From Dehalococcoidia bacterium (GTDB taxonomy: Bacteria > Chloroflexota > Dehalococcoidia > Bin125): a DNA stretch of 64,000 nucleotides. Location of the stretch: NCBI GenBank assembly GCA_965243125.1, contig OZ251529.1, positions 2,578,797-2,642,796 of the forward strand, given 5' to 3'. The position numbers were made by a program, and so were the translations under genes. The notes beneath the pieces were generated by a model. It made no database searches and was not told the DNA's origin. It saw only the letters and a list, made by a program, of their open reading frames with translations. Within the stretch, counting starts at the first letter, position 1. Each line of letters opens with the position of its first letter. Of the stretch, positions 39,231 through 47,500 are shown in pieces.

Positions 39231-39394
39231 CGTCATTCCTGCGTAGGCAGGAATCCACGCGGGCCTCGTGATTGTGAATGCACTTCGGCGTTTCGACGGG
39301 CCGCCAGAAGCGGCCTTCGAGGGCCGTTGGGACCTCTGAAGCGCGAACGAGGGCGGTGGATCGCCTGGATTCCTGCCTACGCAGGAATGACGGA
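39231..39394 (+). mobile_element. MITE-like element, copy A (~164 bp), with hairpin-forming 27-bp terminal inverted repeats
   Basis: The left end is CCGTCATTCCTGCGTAGGCAGGAATCC and the right end is GGATTCCTGCCTACGCAGGAATGACGG. Each end contains the palindrome ATTCCTGC-GTAG-GCAGGAAT. The ~110-bp core is homologous, in inverted orientation, to copies B, C and D. Confidence 0.85.
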
Positions 39395-39483
39395 AGGGGG
39401 GCGTAGGGGTTGTTGGAGGGGGCGCAGGGGTGTTGGATGGGGGGTGGCAGGACTGATACGGGGGGCGCTAGACTTGCGGTGCG

Positions 39484-39774
39484 ATGCCCAAAGAACCGTG
39501 CGTCTACATTCTTGCCAGCAAGCGCAACGGGACGACCTACATCGGCGTTACGTCCGATTTGCCGCGCCGCGTCTGGATGCACAAAGAGGATCTGGTGGAG
39601 GGCTTCACGAAGCACTACGGGGTACACACGCTCGTCTGGTATGAACTGCACGAGACGATGATCGAGGCGATCACCCGCGAGAAGCAGCTCAAGCGCTGGA
39701 AGCGCGATTGGAAGATTCGTCTGATCAACGAGTCCAACCCGCAGTGGCGAGACCTGTACAACGAACTCGCCTAA
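39484..39774 (+). CDS. GIY-YIG nuclease family protein (small URI-domain, UPF0213/YhbQ-like)
   Basis: 96 aa. It has VYILASKRNGTTYIGVTSDL (GIY...YIG), R..H, and E..AI..EKQLKRW. It is visibly AT-richer than its flanks. Confidence 0.9.
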   Translation: MPKEPCVYILASKRNGTTYIGVTSDLPRRVWMHKEDLVEGFTKHYGVHTLVWYELHETMIEAITREKQLKRWKRDWKIRLINESNPQWRDLYNELA

Positions 39775-39839
39775 CCTTCGGCGCTCTCCCGCCCGCCAGT
39801 CCTACACCCCCGCCCGCCATCCCTCCGTCTCTCTTCCAT

Positions 39840-39989
39840 CACCCCTGCGCCCCCTGTCCCTCATCCCTGCGCCTCCTCCTCCGTCATCCCTGCGCCTCCT
39901 CCTCCGTCATCCCTGCGCCTCCTCCCCCGTCATCCCTGCGCCTCCTCCATCACCCCTGCGCCCTCCTCCGTCATTCCTGCCACCCCCCC
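39840..39989. repeat. Degenerate tandem array of family P half-sites (ccgtcatccctgcgcctcct x ~5)
   Basis: Units of cctcctccgtcatccctgcg repeat at a ~29-bp period from about 39860 to 39990, leading into MITE copy B. Confidence 0.8.
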
Positions 39990-40152
39990 CCGTCATTCCT
40001 GCGTAGGCAGGAATCCAGGCGACCCGCCGCCCTGGTTCGCGCCCCAGAGGTCCAACGGCGCTCGAACGCTGCTGCGGGAGGCCCGTCGAAACCCCGAAGC
40101 GCATCCACAACCGCGAGACCCGCGTGGATTCCTGCCTACGCAGGAATGACGG
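39990..40152 (-). mobile_element. MITE-like element, copy B (inverted relative to copy A)
   Basis: It has the same TIRs. The core ccaggcgacccgccgccctggttcgcgcc...gcgcatccacaaccgcgagacccgcgtgg is the reverse complement of the copy A core with scattered substitutions. Confidence 0.85.
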
Positions 40153-40177
40153 AAGAGGGGCGCAGGAATGGCAGAGG

Positions 40178-40325
40178 GGCAGGAATCCAGGCGATCCGCC
40201 GCCCTGGTTCGCGCCCCGGAGGTCCAACGGCCCTCCAACGCTGCTGCGGGAGGCCCCGTCGAAACCCCGAAGCGCATTCACAACCGCGAGACCCGCGTGG
40301 ATTCCTGCCTACGCAGGAATGACGG
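40178..40325 (-). mobile_element. MITE-like element, copy C (left TIR truncated)
   Basis: It starts with ggcaggaatcc only (half TIR). The core is near-identical to copy B and the right TIR is intact. An extra half-site follows at about 40335-40347. Confidence 0.8.
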
Positions 40326-40472
40326 AAGAGGGGCGCAGGAATGACGGAGGGGGGCAGGGACGGTGCCAGGGGCGCAGCCGGCGGGCGAGGGGCGGCGGCC
40401 CCGCTTTGGCGGGGCCGCCTTTGGTCGCCTCTTTGGTCGCCTCTTTGGCCGCTCTGGCCTAGCCGCTCTGGC

Positions 40473-43400
40473 CTAGCCGCCCAGCCAGAGGACCACGCCC
40501 GGGTCTACGTGGAAGTCCATCGAGCCGGGCACGACCTGGCCCTCGGAGACCGCGTAGCGCAGCCACTTGCCGTTCTGCCAGAGCAGAATCGCCGTGATCT
40601 GCTCATTGTCGATGTCGCCCAGAATGTCCGAGGCGTAGACCATCGCGTCGCCGATCCAGGTCGTGAAATCGTTCGGACGCGGGTTGGTCAGACCCTCCGC
40701 CGGGCGCTCCTCGCGCTCCATGTGGCCCACGCTGAGCAGCTTCACGTCGGTCGCCGGCGTCGCCGTCGCGCGCACCCAGGCGTTGCCCTGCCCGACCACC
40801 AGATAGCTGGCCGAAGCCTTGCCGTCGGTCGTCGCGTTGACCGTGCTCAGCTGCACCACAATCGCAGTGCGGCTGGTCGAGCCGTCCGCCCAGCGGACCG
40901 GCGTGCCGTCGGGCACCGGCGTGCCGTCGGCGTCGAGCACCGTGGCGATCACCGAGAACGTGCCGCCCCGCGCGGTCGAGCCTTCCACCTTGTCGAAGGC
41001 CAGCGTCGCCGCGCCGCCCGTGACCGTGAAGTTGCGCGTGAACGTCTTGCTCGCGGCGCTCAGCGTCAGCGCGTACTGCCCGGTCGCCAGCGGCGAGCTC
41101 GGGTCCGCGTTGACGTTGACCTCGAGCAGCAGTCTGCCCTCGCCGTCGCGCGCGAAGCCGTCCGCCGGGGCCGCGGCCGCCGAGCCGCTGTAGGGCTTCG
41201 GCCAGGCCACGCTGAAGTTCGAACTCGAGCGCGTCGCCTCGCTGTAGACCACCCGCCCTTCGGCGTTGCGGATCACCACCCGCCCGTTCGCCGCGTTCGG
41301 CACCTCCACCTTGTTGCCGCCCGCGTCGGCCGCCGTGACCGACAGCGTCATCAGGTCGCGGTTGTCCACATCCTCGTCGGCCACGTTCTCGTCGCCCGCG
41401 TCCGGCGTGTCCACGTTGAGCACGCTGGTGCGCGGCGCGCCCACCTCAATCGTCTCGGCCGGCCCGGCGAAGACCACGGTGACCGCCTCGGGTTCGACGA
41501 TCTCGCCGATCCGCGGCTGCACGCTGGCCCGCACTTCCGCCGTGCCCGGCGTGCCCGGATGCTCGATCGCGATCCGAATGTTGCCCGAGTTCGCCGCGGT
41601 CAGCGCCGAGACCGGCACCTGGCAGCTCAGCCCGCCGTCGCCCCCGCTGCAACCGCCGCCGATCGTGGTCGACAGCCGCCCGCGGTTGGCCGTGATCAGC
41701 ACCGAGGCGATGCTGTTCGCGCTCGCGCCGCCGCCGCCCGAGTTGGTCACCGACAGCTGCAGCGTCGTCCGGTCGCCGCGCTTCGCCAGCACCGAGGGGA
41801 ACGTCCGGTCGTCGTCCGAATTCGTCGGGTCGCCCGGATCCTCGGCCAGCCCGAACTCCACGTTGGCCACCTCCGTGACCGTGCCGATCGTCACCTCCAG
41901 CTCGTCGGTCAGCACCCGGCTGGGCGTGTCCGCGTCGTCGTCGCCGTCGTCCACCCGGAACGTGCCCGAGATGGTGAACTTGCCGTCGGGCGTGCCCTCG
42001 GGAATCACGATCTCCGTGTCGGGCAGCGCGATCACGCAGGTCCAGGTGGTCGCGTCGTCCAGCGTGCGGGCCGCGCAGCCCTGCGCGGACGACAGCTCCG
42101 CGGCGCTGTCCCGCACCGCCGTGCGTTCGGTGGGACCAGCGCCGTCGTTCAAGTCCACGCCATCCAGATCGAAGGACCAGGCGCGGCCCGTGCCGACGCC
42201 CTGGTAGAGCAGGATGTTTGCCGGCGCCGCGCCGCCCGGGAGGTAGGAGGAGTGCGGCGCTTCGGACTGGCCCACGATCAGCGTGTCGTCGTCGAGCGCG
42301 ATGCCGGCGCGCGCGCCGAACAGCGCGTTGGGCGTGTTGCGCGGCGCGTTGATCACCATCGTGGATGTGCTGGCGTCCGCCCAGCTGCTGCTGTTGTAGA
42401 GGTGCGCCGTGCCCGACTCGAACACGCTGTTCGCCCCGTCGCTGGTCCGCAGCTTGAAGACGCCGCCGGTCACCGCGATCGTGTTGCCGTCGTCGTTGAT
42501 CGCCACGCTGTTGCCGAAGCGGTCGTTGGCGTGCGAGGTCGCGCTGTTGGTCAGCACCGCGGTCGCGTGGTGATCGAGCAATTCCTGTCCAGCGGCCCAA
42601 GGGGTGCCGGGCTCCACCCAGACGACGGCGGCGCCGGCCCAAGGGTTGATCCGGTTATGCCGTGCGGCCTCAACGCACTGGCCCCGCACGAGGCGCGGGT
42701 AACCGCCGGCGCCCGCGACGACCGTGCTGCCGTCGTGGTCCAGCGCGACGCTCTGGCCCAGGTAGAGGCACTCGGCGCTGCCGATCGCGTGCGTCTCCAG
42801 GCCCACGGTCAGGCGCGACGCCCGCAGGATTCGCTGCGGCACGAGCGTGCTCGTGACTTTGGTCCAGCCGCCCGTCGGCTGCACGAACACGGAGACGGCG
42901 CCCAGGTTGCGCTTCGTCGGGTTGTTGAAGGGGAAATCGGCGAGCGGGTGGCCGATCGCGATCGTCGTTTCGTCGCCGGAGATCGCGATCCCGGTGCCTT
43001 CCCAATGCTGGTCGCCGGCGTACATGCCCGGGTTGAGCGGGCTGACATGCATCAGGTCCGCGATCGTCATGTCGATCCAGGTGTGCTTGTTGTTGGTCCC
43101 CCCCTGCGGGCGCCGGAAGACCCAGCCGGCCACGGTGTCCCAGCGGTCGGCGTAGGCGGTGCCGTCCTGGGGTTCGAGCAGGGCGGGCGCGCCGGAGATC
43201 GCGATGTATTGGCCGGAGTCGCTGATCGCGACGCCCGCGCCGAACTTGAGGATGCTGTGCAGCTGGCGGGCGTTGGCGTCGGCGGGGTTTGGGGGGCTGG
43301 GCTGGGGCACGAAGGCGGTCGGCGCGAGCCGCGCCGCCCGCTCCACGAGGTCTTCGGCGTCGGTCAGCTTGAACAGGTAGACGGCGCCCTGGCCGGGGTG

Positions 43401-44135
43401 GCTGGGCGCGCCCTCGGGGTTGCGCCCGGGCGCGTCGTTGCCGCGCGAGCAGCCCCAATACGAAATGCCCGCCGGGCATTCGTCCACGCCGTCCTGAGGG
43501 GCGCCGACCGCGATGATCAGATTCTCGGAATTGTTGCCGGCGCCGTTGACGGCCACGGAGGTGCCGAATTCGGCGTCGACATGGGCGTCGGCGCCGGCCG
43601 TAATCCGCTGCAGGAACTTGCCGTTGATGAAGACATCGACCGCGCCGGCGTTCCGCATCCCGTCGACGTTGGCTTTGGGGTAGCCGACCACCACGATGTC
43701 GCCGCCGTCGGCTGCGGAGCGGGCTTTGACGGCGACGGCCGCGCCGCCGAGCGCGGCGTTGTTGCCGGCGCGGGTGTAGGGCGGGATGTTGTTGACGTTT
43801 TGGCCGGCCAGCGTGTCGGCGTTGACAGTGAGCAGGGTGCGCCCGGTGCTCTCCCAGTCGCGCCCGCCGGAGAGCCGCAGCGAGCCGCCGAGCACGGTAA
43901 ACTCGCCCAGTTGGGCGTGCTCGTGGCTGAGCGTCGCGCGCACGCGCACACTGGTGCCGGGCGCGATAATGTTGTCGGAGTCCTCAACGAGGCTGAGCGT
44001 CAGCGCGAGGTCGCTGGGCGGCGGGGCGGCGGCGGCCGGCGCGAGGGCCGCGATCGCCGCAGCCAGCAGCATGGCGAGCGCCCCCAAAGCCAGCAGCGGG
44101 ATGCGGGAGCGCGCAAGAGTCGTCAACGCAGGCAT
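40473..44135 (-). CDS. Large secreted FG-GAP beta-propeller plus Ig-like repeat protein (adhesin-like) with the shared C-terminal module
   Basis: 1220 aa. Signal peptide MPALTTLARSRIPLLALGALAMLLAAAIAALAPAAA. It has about seven FG-GAP-like blades (VVVGYP..GAVDVFI, IIAVGAPQDG..GAVYLF, IAIGHP..GAVSVFV, VVAGAGG..GAAVVWV, and others), then Ig-like segments. The C-terminus is ILLWQNGKWLRYAVS..GSMDFHVDPGVVLWLGG. Confidence 0.85.
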   Translation of the reverse strand: MPALTTLARSRIPLLALGALAMLLAAAIAALAPAAAAPPPSDLALTLSLVEDSDNIIAPGTSVRVRATLSHEHAQLGEFTVLGGSLRLSGGRDWESTGRTLLTVNADTLAGQNVNNIPPYTRAGNNAALGGAAVAVKARSAADGGDIVVVGYPKANVDGMRNAGAVDVFINGKFLQRITAGADAHVDAEFGTSVAVNGAGNNSENLIIAVGAPQDGVDECPAGISYWGCSRGNDAPGRNPEGAPSHPGQGAVYLFKLTDAEDLVERAARLAPTAFVPQPSPPNPADANARQLHSILKFGAGVAISDSGQYIAISGAPALLEPQDGTAYADRWDTVAGWVFRRPQGGTNNKHTWIDMTIADLMHVSPLNPGMYAGDQHWEGTGIAISGDETTIAIGHPLADFPFNNPTKRNLGAVSVFVQPTGGWTKVTSTLVPQRILRASRLTVGLETHAIGSAECLYLGQSVALDHDGSTVVAGAGGYPRLVRGQCVEAARHNRINPWAGAAVVWVEPGTPWAAGQELLDHHATAVLTNSATSHANDRFGNSVAINDDGNTIAVTGGVFKLRTSDGANSVFESGTAHLYNSSSWADASTSTMVINAPRNTPNALFGARAGIALDDDTLIVGQSEAPHSSYLPGGAAPANILLYQGVGTGRAWSFDLDGVDLNDGAGPTERTAVRDSAAELSSAQGCAARTLDDATTWTCVIALPDTEIVIPEGTPDGKFTISGTFRVDDGDDDADTPSRVLTDELEVTIGTVTEVANVEFGLAEDPGDPTNSDDDRTFPSVLAKRGDRTTLQLSVTNSGGGGASANSIASVLITANRGRLSTTIGGGCSGGDGGLSCQVPVSALTAANSGNIRIAIEHPGTPGTAEVRASVQPRIGEIVEPEAVTVVFAGPAETIEVGAPRTSVLNVDTPDAGDENVADEDVDNRDLMTLSVTAADAGGNKVEVPNAANGRVVIRNAEGRVVYSEATRSSSNFSVAWPKPYSGSAAAAPADGFARDGEGRLLLEVNVNADPSSPLATGQYALTLSAASKTFTRNFTVTGGAATLAFDKVEGSTARGGTFSVIATVLDADGTPVPDGTPVRWADGSTSRTAIVVQLSTVNATTDGKASASYLVVGQGNAWVRATATPATDVKLLSVGHMEREERPAEGLTNPRPNDFTTWIGDAMVYASDILGDIDNEQITAILLWQNGKWLRYAVSEGQVVPGSMDFHVDPGVVLWLGG

Positions 44136-44627
44136 AGTGGTGAGGCTCCTGACACACGGGCTCGTTTCACGTCCTCATGGTAGTGCCCCCTACCCTACAG
44201 AAAACACCCCCTACGATTCTGTCCCCCCCCCCCCCCAGTTTCACAAAGGTTTTACGGGCCGCGCGATCCGCCCTCTCCCCCCATCCTGGGGGGAGACTGA
44301 GAGGGGGGTTCGCCGACGTCGCACGCAGAACCCCCCCGTAGCCCCCCCACAATGGGGGGGCGGTCAGAAATCCCCCCACGCAGGGGGGGCTGTCTGTCCG
44401 GAATCGCCCCCCTACGCAGGGGGGCTGTCTGCGTAAGCAGACTGGGGGGTCGGTCCGGCGCACCGAGCACAGCACCGCCGCCCCGACCCCCCCGCCGCGC
44501 AGCGCGGCGGCCCCCCTGCATAGGGGGGCGATTCGGAGGGGACGATTCCCGAGAGCCCCTATCTGGTCGGAGGTGGTAGGAAATGTTCCAATATGTCAAG
44601 GTTTGTCCAAAACAGTCAGGGTCGGCG

Positions 44628-44722
44628 GGACCCTCCGGCCTCTCCCCCCATCGTGGCGGATCCCCTCCGGCCTCTCCCCCCGTCGCGGGGGATCCCCTCC
44701 GGCCTCTCCCCCCGTCGCGGGG
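44628..44722. repeat. 32-bp tandem repeat array, 3 units (ggatcccctccggcctctcccccc[ag]tcgcgg[cg])
   Basis: Read directly. There are no spacers between units. Confidence 0.9.
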
Positions 44723-45049
44723 GGAGATTGAGAGGGGGGCTCCGGCCGCCGCGCACGCCCCGAACCCCCCCGTAGCCCCCCCACAATGGGGGGGCGGTCA
44801 GAAATCCCCCCACGCAGGGGGGCTGTCTGTCCGGAATCGCCCCCCATCGCAGGGGGGCTGTCTGCGCAAGCAGACTGGGGGGTCGGTCCGGCGCACCGAG
44901 CACAGCACGACCGCCGCGCCGACCCCCCCGCCGCGCGGCGCGGCGGCCCCCCTGCATAGGGGGGCGATTCCCGAGAGCTCCTATCTGGTCGGATGTGGTA
45001 GGAAATGCTCCAATATGTCAAGGTTTGTCCAAAACAGTCAGGGTCGGCA

Positions 45050-45271
45050 GGACCCTCCGGCCTCTCCCCCCATCGCGGCGGATCCCCTCCGGCCTCTCCC
45101 CCCGTCGCGGCGGATCCCCTCCGGCCTCTCCCCCCATCGCGGCGGATCCCCTCCGGCCTCTCCCCCCATCGCGGCGGATCCCCTCCGGCCTCTCCCCCCG
45201 TCGCGGGGGATCCCCTCCGGCCTCTCCCCCCGTCGCGGGGGATCCCCTCCGGCCTCTCCCCCCGTCGCGGG
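45050..45271. repeat. 32-bp tandem repeat array, 7 units (same unit as 44628-44722)
   Basis: Unit starts are at 45050, 45080, 45112, 45144, 45176, 45208 and 45240. The period is exactly 32 bp after the first unit. Confidence 0.92.
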
Positions 45272-45480
45272 GGGAGATTGAGAGGGGGGCTCCGGCCGCC
45301 GCACACGCCCCGAACCCCCCCGTAGCCCCCCCACGATGGGGGGCAGTCAGAAATCACCCCCCACGCAGGGGGCTCCGCTCCGAAATCGCCCCCCATCGCA
45401 GAGGGGCTGTCTGCGCAAGCAGACTGGGGGGTCGGTCCGGCGCACCGAGCACAGCACGACCGCCGCCCCGACCCCCCGCC

Positions 45481-45675
45481 TCAGCGGCGCGGCGGCGACA
45501 TCGTCGTCTGCCAGCGGCAGTTGTGGCACGGCGGAAACTCCGTCAGGCCGCTGATGCGGCCCAGGAAGCGGCCGCAGTTGGGGCAGGTGGCGCGGATGCT
45601 CGGCTGCTCGGGCTGACGTGCGGGCTGACGTGTGGGTTGACGTGTGGGCTGCTGGTCGGTCTGACGTGCGGGCAT
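45481..45675 (-). CDS. Possible small zinc-ribbon protein (64 aa) with an N-terminal (T/A)RQP repeat
   Basis: MPARQTDQQPTRQPTRQPARQPEQPSIRATCPNCGRFLGRISGLTEFPPCHNCRWQTTMSPPRR has CPxC...CHxC. The ATG at 45675 lies 2 nt after the terminase stop. The last codons and the stop lie in repeat-derived sequence. Coding status is uncertain. Confidence 0.35.
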   Translation of the reverse strand: MPARQTDQQPTRQPTRQPARQPEQPSIRATCPNCGRFLGRISGLTEFPPCHNCRWQTTMSPPRR

Positions 45676-45677
45676 AC

Positions 45678-47102
45678 TCAACTCCTTTGGCGGCGCGCCG
45701 GCATTGCGGCGCGGCCGATGCCGACTCGCGGCGGCGCAACAGATGCGCGCCGGCGCTCGTCGGCTGCTTCGTGCATGTAGCGATCCGCGTCGAGCAGATC
45801 GTCGTCCTCCTTGACCGGCTTGGCCGCGCCGCCCGCGCTCGGGTCGGGCGGCTCCCAGCGGTAGGCCGACATCCGCTCGGGGAAGATCGTCAGCTCGGGC
45901 AGGTAGTAGGAGCGGGGCGCGCCGCCCTCGCCGGCGGCGAGCCGGCGCTGTACCAGGTCGATCCCGGCCTGCACGCTGTGCGGACCGCCGACGGAGGGCG
46001 TGATCGAGAGCCCCTGGCGGGCGAGCCGGTTGATCCAGGCGCTCTGGCTGCGGTCGGCGCGCCAGTGAATGCGCCGCCCCCCAATACCGCCGGAACCGCC
46101 GGAACCGCCGGCGAAGCGCGCGGCGCAGCCCTGCATCCACGCCTCCAGCCGCGCGATCACGTCGTGCCCGCCGCTCTCGAACTCCGCCAGCCGAATCAGG
46201 ACATCCGCGCCGCAGGCCGCGCGGGCGTCGGTCAGCCCCGCCACGATCCCGGCCGTCTTGTGGTGATGCTCGGCCGGCCCGCCGAAATCGAGTCCGCCGA
46301 CGTAGCGCGCGAAAGGCGGCAGCGGCTCGTCCCAGCGGTGCCGCAGCCGGTCGAAGCGGGGGTAGACCAGCCCGAGAAAGGCGTCGAAGCGCCCCTCGAC
46401 GAAGCGCGTCACCCAGTCGTCGGAGAGCATCGCGCGCTGGAGCGCCTCGTAGTTGGCCGGCAGCCAGGGGTTGTCGCGCATCCGCGCGGCGACGAACTCC
46501 AGCCGCAGGCCGGCCTGCTCGAAGCGATCCAGCGGCAGCTCCCGGCGCACAAACCAGCGCTCGAACCAGCCCGGCCAGGGGTTGCTGGCGGCCGCGAACA
46601 GGCGCAGCGGCTGCGCGCGGTGGCGCAGCCGCGTGATCAGCATCCGCGCCGCATCCTCCGACACCTCGCCCGCCTCATCGATGAACACCGCGCCGTACTC
46701 CTGCGAGCCCAACCCGGTCCAATCGGTCAGATGCCGAAACTGGATGACCGAGCAGGGGCTGGATCCGGCGGCGCGGATCGCCAGCTGCTCGGGGCCGGAG
46801 CGGCGCCGCTCGGCGATCAGGTGGTCGGGGCAGCGGTCGAAAAATTCGCTCATCGTGGTGCTGCGCAGATCGGTGTAGCGGAGTCGGGCGATCAGGATGC
46901 GCGTCCCTGGGAAGGTCTGCGCCGTATCGAGCGCCAGCTCGACCAGCGCGCGCGTCTTGCCGCCGCCCATCGCCCCGCCGTAGCCCGCCAGCACGATCCC
47001 CTCCGGCAGCGGCGCGCGCGTCGTCTGCCAGAGCTCCCGCTGGCGCGCGGTCGGAACAAAGCCGAAAGCATCGCCCCCCAGGTCAAGCGTCGGTGCAGCC
47101 AT
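45678..47102 (-). CDS. Phage terminase large subunit (TerL, Terminase_6-like), isolated
   Basis: Start set at ATG 47102 (MAAPTLDLGGDAFGF). It has Walker A GYGGAMGGGKT, Walker B VFIDEAGE, and nuclease-domain Asp contexts VGGLDFGG and DDLLDADRYM. Confidence 0.85.
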   Translation of the reverse strand: MAAPTLDLGGDAFGFVPTARQRELWQTTRAPLPEGIVLAGYGGAMGGGKTRALVELALDTAQTFPGTRILIARLRYTDLRSTTMSEFFDRCPDHLIAERRRSGPEQLAIRAAGSSPCSVIQFRHLTDWTGLGSQEYGAVFIDEAGEVSEDAARMLITRLRHRAQPLRLFAAASNPWPGWFERWFVRRELPLDRFEQAGLRLEFVAARMRDNPWLPANYEALQRAMLSDDWVTRFVEGRFDAFLGLVYPRFDRLRHRWDEPLPPFARYVGGLDFGGPAEHHHKTAGIVAGLTDARAACGADVLIRLAEFESGGHDVIARLEAWMQGCAARFAGGSGGSGGIGGRRIHWRADRSQSAWINRLARQGLSITPSVGGPHSVQAGIDLVQRRLAAGEGGAPRSYYLPELTIFPERMSAYRWEPPDPSAGGAAKPVKEDDDLLDADRYMHEAADERRRASVAPPRVGIGRAAMPARRQRS

Positions 47103-47123
47103 ACGGAAGAATACAGAACGTAA

Positions 47124-47147
47124 GTTCGATTTGCAAGCAAATCGAAC
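47124..47147. promoter_or_regulatory. Perfect 11-2-11 palindrome GTTCGATTTGC-AA-GCAAATCGAAC, 22 nt upstream of the terminase start
   Basis: Read directly. It is the only AT-rich perfect palindrome in this region. It is a candidate operator or 5'-UTR hairpin. Confidence 0.35.
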
Positions 47148-47148
47148 G

Positions 47149-47252
47149 GGGCGCTCCGGAATCGCCCCCCTATGCAGGGGGGCTGTCTGCGTAAGCAGAC
47201 TGGGGGGTCGGTCCGGCGCACCGAGCACAAGACAGACTCCGCGCCGACCCCC
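47149..47252. repeat. Family 2 mosaic repeat
   Basis: Reads ctccggaatcgcccccctatgcaggggggctgtctgcgtaagcagactggggggtcggtccggcgcaccgagcac. Confidence 0.85.
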
Positions 47253-47273
47253 TCCGTCATTCCTGCGCCCCCT

Positions 47274-47435
47274 CCGTCATTCCTGCGTAGGCAGGAACCC
47301 AGGCGAACCGCCCGCGTTCGTTCGCGACTCGGACTCTCAACGGCCCTCCAACGCTGCTTTGGGAGGCCGTCAGAACACGGAGGCTCGATCACAACCACGA
47401 GGTCGCCTGGATTCCTGCCTACGCAGGAATGACGG
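47274..47435 (-). mobile_element. MITE-like element, copy D
   Basis: It has both TIRs (ccgtcattcctgcgtaggcaggaa(c)cc ... ggattcctgcctacgcaggaatgacgg). The core is related to B and C but more diverged. One extra half-site precedes it at 47255. Confidence 0.82.
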
Positions 47436-47500
47436 AAGGAGAGCGCCGAGGCTTTTGACGAATTGCGCAAAGGATCATCGTGCAGGAGAGGTTTCTCAAT

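Larger units (their letters stand above)
44268..45480. repeat. 1.2-kb nested repeat block: three family 2 composites, a ~422-bp direct duplication and two 32-bp tandem arrays
   Basis: ctatctggtcgga..ggtaggaaatg(t/c)tccaatatgtcaaggtttgtccaaaacagtcagggtcgg occurs at 44559 and 44981. Family 2 composites lie at about 44270-44550, 44690-44975 and 45245-45480. Confidence 0.9.

Noticed and set aside
39708-40322. 204-aa ORF downstream of the GIY-YIG gene, plus ORFs 39138..39644 +, 39211..39651 -, 39907..40281 - and 40124..40462 +
   Set aside because: They are composed of half-site arrays and MITE copies, are open on both strands, and their peptides repeat the same SVIPAPPPSSLRLL strings. They are repeat artefacts.
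40341-44183. 1280-aa plus-strand ORF, the longest on that strand here
   Set aside because: It is extremely Arg/Ala/Gly/His-rich with no motifs. It is the mirror of the minus-strand ORF, which has a signal peptide, FG-GAP blades and normal composition. This is a typical high-GC shadow ORF.
45050-45271. Possible CRISPR array (regular ~32-bp repeats with a partial palindrome)
   Set aside because: The units are directly adjacent with no unique spacers, there are no cas genes in the window, and the unit is part of the family 2 hairpin module. It is a plain tandem repeat.
44583-45396. Several 70-270-aa Pro/Ser/Gly/Arg-rich ORFs on both strands (for example 44583..45281 +, 44596..45396 -, 44995..45780 +)
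   Set aside because: They lie entirely in tandem and nested repeats. The 32-bp unit is not a multiple of 3, so the peptide simply cycles through all three frames. They are open on both strands simultaneously. These are artefacts of stop-poor GC-rich repeats.
45678-47102. Calling a prophage around the terminase
   Set aside because: No other phage structural, lysis or integration genes occur anywhere in the 64 kb, and the neighbours are cellular secreted proteins. I report it as an orphan TerL only.
47124-47147. LexA/SOS box interpretation of the GTTCGATTTGC-AA-GCAAATCGAAC palindrome, and likewise of GTGCGC-AGA-GCGCAC at 321-335
   Set aside because: The half-site order and spacing (GTTC..N16..GAAC) do not match the GAAC-N4-GTTC type boxes I know. 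I keep it only as an unassigned operator or hairpin candidate.
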